From a virus (taxonomy: Monodnaviria > Loebvirae > Hofneiviricota > Faserviricetes > Tubulavirales): a DNA stretch of 7,781 nucleotides. Location: IMG/VR virus record IMGVR_UViG_2513020041_000001, positions 1-7,781 of that record, one strand, 5' to 3'. This document shows, piece after piece, positions 6,160 through 7,781 of the stretch (position 1 is its first letter; each line of letters starts with the position of its first letter). Position numbers and translations under genes: made by a program. Below the pieces are notes generated by a model that did not search any database, was not told the origin of the DNA, and saw only the letters and a list, made by a program, of their open reading frames with translations.

Positions 6160-6323
6160 ATATACTTCCGGTCACCCCTGCTTCTGCCGTGGCAAGCGCT
6201 GTCACGTGCCCTTCGTTTTCCCTTGACCCGTCCGTGGTCGTCCTCGCCCTTTTTCTGCCCTTTGTCCTTGTAGGGGCTTACTACCTTTTCCGGCTCGCCA
6301 AGGCTGATCTTCGTGGATTGTAA
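6156..6323 (+). CDS. Small single-pass membrane protein, 55 aa (absent from the ORF track)
   Basis: GTG 6156 overlaps the RHH stop (GTGA), with SD-like gggaag (6145-6150) 5 nt upstream. Translation MNILPVTPASAVASAVTCPSFSLDPSVVVLALFLPFVLVGAYYLFRLAKADLRGL has one hydrophobic helix followed by a basic C-terminus. Stop TAA 6321-6323 is followed directly by a hairpin. Confidence 0.45.
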   Translation: MNILPVTPASAVASAVTCPSFSLDPSVVVLALFLPFVLVGAYYLFRLAKADLRGL

Positions 6324-6325
6324 AG

Positions 6326-6374
6326 CCGGTTCTAGACGCCTGAATGGCTTCATCTTTCAGGTGGCTAGAACCGG
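6326..6374. promoter_or_regulatory. Hairpin: 10-bp perfect inverted repeat with 29-nt loop at the start of the intergenic region
   Basis: ccggttctag (6326-6335) / ctagaaccgg (6365-6374). It begins 3 nt after the stop of the small membrane-protein ORF. Confidence 0.5.
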
Positions 6375-6382
6375 AATCGATC

Positions 6383-6423
6383 TTTCTGTAGACCAAATTT
6401 CGTAGACGTACTTTTTCGTAGAC
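6383..6423 (+). repeat. Three iteron-like direct repeats, TTTC(T)GTAGAC
   Basis: tttctgtagac (6383-6393), tttcgtagac (6398-6407), tttcgtagac (6414-6423), spaced about 14-16 bp apart in the same orientation, upstream of rep. Confidence 0.55.
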
Positions 6424-6447
6424 AAAAAAAAGGCCCCATGAGGGGCC
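6424..6447 (-). terminator. GC hairpin flanked by an A8 run (T8 on the minus strand): terminator-like on the minus strand, or an origin/packaging hairpin
   Basis: A8 (6424-6431), stem ggcccc (6432-6437) / ggggcc (6442-6447), loop atga. Read on the minus strand this is a 6-bp GC stem followed by T8, the canonical intrinsic-terminator shape. On the + strand no T-run follows. Confidence 0.4.
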
Positions 6448-6512
6448 CTTGACACTCGTGAAGCCCCTTTCCCGGCAAGGCGCGGAGCTTCACAACGCAG
6501 GGATATTCTAGC

Positions 6513-7781
6513 ATGACTCCAACCAGTTCCGATCTGGTCAGAAATGCCGCTGAGGGCTCAGGCGGCGCAGCCGCCCTAGGTAGTATTGCGAAATGTTCTT
6601 CCCCCCCCCCTCCGAAGGCAATGAGGGCCCAAAGATACCAAGCTCTTTCTCAGGCTCGGATCTGGTTAAAACCCTTGGCTGTCAAGGATCCCACCAAGCC
6701 TTACGGGTGGAAATTGCACCGCACGCAAGACTGCCGCTATAAGCGGATCGGCATCGGCGTCACCGTGCATAAAGACATCAAGCATCAGACCGCTTTTTAC
6801 GGCGATGTAGCCACCTGTGGCTCCGTGTGGGCTTGTACCGTGTGCTCGGCAAAAATTCAGACTCGTCGACGTCCAGAGGTACAGCAGCTGGTCGATTGGG
6901 CTTACGAGAACGACTATCAGGTCACCATGATTACGTTCACGTTCCCGCATCTGGCATTTGATCGCCTGAAGGAACTGCTCGATGGCCAGAAACGCGCCTT
7001 TGAGATCCTCCGCGGCGGTAGCCCATGGGTGAAGTTCAAGCAGCGTCACGGCCTTATCGGCTTTGTGCGCTCTCTGGAGGTCACTCACGGCGATAACGGC
7101 TGGCATCCTCACACCCATGAGCTTTGGATCACCAAGGGGCTCACAGCCACGAATATGGCCACTTTCGAGAGCGGTATCCGCAAGCGGTGGCGGACTTCCT
7201 GCATCCAAGCTGGTTTGCTCGATGAAACCTCGAAGGCGCAACTGTTCGCGTTCGATCTGCACTCGGTCGATTTTCAGTTTCAGGTGTCCACCTCTGACTA
7301 CCTCGTCAAGATGGATAACGCGCGCAAATGGGGTGTCGATGCTGAGATGACGGCTCAAGCGTCAAAGGTTGGTGGTGATCGCGTCACGAAGACCATTCAC
7401 CCCCATGAATTCCTGATGCGTCGCGCACCTGGTGATGATGCCCGCTACCGCGAATACGTAACGGGCATGCATGGGAAAAGCCAGCTGTTCTGGTCTCAGC
7501 GCCTAAAAGACGCCTGCGGCGTAGAGCATGTGACTGACGAAGAGATTGCCAAGGAACAAACCGAAAAAGCGGATCTGCTAGCTCACCTGACCGACAGTCA
7601 ATGGCGTGTCGTTCGTGGAAACGATGCCCTTGCTGAAGTGCTCGATGCTGCCGAGCTTGGTGGCTGGCCTGCTATCCGCTCCCTGCTGAAATCGCTTGGC
7701 TGCGAGATTCTCGAGACGGATTGTCATGATCCATTTTTCGAGGTCAATCGTGTTCTTTTCGCTCCAGACGAGCAGGTCTAG
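6513..7781 (+). CDS. Rolling-circle replication initiator (second, identical copy of 1-1269)
   Basis: Identical 422-aa translation to the ORF at 1-1269, with the same HUH motifs. ATG 6513 has no obvious SD upstream (gggatattctagc), which adds to the doubt about the true start (alternative Met at 6621). Confidence 0.8.
   Translation: MTPTSSDLVRNAAEGSGGAAALGSIAKCSSPPPPKAMRAQRYQALSQARIWLKPLAVKDPTKPYGWKLHRTQDCRYKRIGIGVTVHKDIKHQTAFYGDVATCGSVWACTVCSAKIQTRRRPEVQQLVDWAYENDYQVTMITFTFPHLAFDRLKELLDGQKRAFEILRGGSPWVKFKQRHGLIGFVRSLEVTHGDNGWHPHTHELWITKGLTATNMATFESGIRKRWRTSCIQAGLLDETSKAQLFAFDLHSVDFQFQVSTSDYLVKMDNARKWGVDAEMTAQASKVGGDRVTKTIHPHEFLMRRAPGDDARYREYVTGMHGKSQLFWSQRLKDACGVEHVTDEEIAKEQTEKADLLAHLTDSQWRVVRGNDALAEVLDAAELGGWPAIRSLLKSLGCEILETDCHDPFFEVNRVLFAPDEQV
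6513..7781. repeat. Direct repeat copy 2 (identical to 1-1269)
   Basis: Exact duplication of window positions 1-1269, extending to the window end. Confidence 0.95.

Noticed and set aside
6141-6396. Minus-strand ORFs 6141-6353 (70 aa) and 6202-6396 (64 aa)
   Set aside because: Highly basic low-complexity translations without an RBS. The same DNA on the + strand encodes the RHH protein and the membrane peptide, both with strong SD sequences and coherent folds.
6324-6512. dif-like XerC/XerD attachment site (28-bp dif-type sequence) for chromosomal integration
   Set aside because: Scanning by eye found no convincing match to a dif-like core in the intergenic regions. This cannot be excluded without an alignment against the host dif, so it is only not demonstrated.
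1-7781. CRISPR arrays, tRNA/rRNA genes, integrase or transposase genes
   Set aside because: No regularly spaced repeat-spacer arrays, no tRNA-like cloverleaf candidates, and no ORF with recombinase or transposase features. The only repeats are the short regulatory ones and the 1269-bp terminal duplication.

Overview
The window looks like one complete unit (6512 bp) of a filamentous ssDNA phage (Inovirus-like) genome or prophage, with every recognisable phage gene on the + strand. Bases 1-1269 are repeated exactly at 6513-7781, so the replication-initiator gene appears twice; this fits either a circular genome written past its origin or a tandem prophage array. Gene order is: HUH rolling-circle Rep, a convergent minus-strand ribbon-helix-helix (RHH, CopG-like) regulator, a gV-like ssDNA-binding protein, a tiny hydrophobic pVII/pIX-like ORF, the major coat protein with a strong intrinsic terminator, a pIII-like adsorption protein, a pVI-like membrane protein, a Zot/pI-like P-loop assembly ATPase, and a pIV-like secretin. 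After the secretin there is a small two-gene module absent from the ORF track: a 56-aa RHH protein with a palindromic operator in its promoter, overlapped by a 55-aa single-pass membrane protein. It is followed by a structured intergenic region with a hairpin, three iteron-like repeats and a GC hairpin next to an A8/T8 run. The most interesting points are the two RHH regulators, the RHH plus membrane-peptide module (candidate immunity or superinfection-exclusion function), a C10 homopolymer at the rep 5' end, and the terminal redundancy. All calls come from reading the sequence and translated ORFs by eye; no database search was possible.
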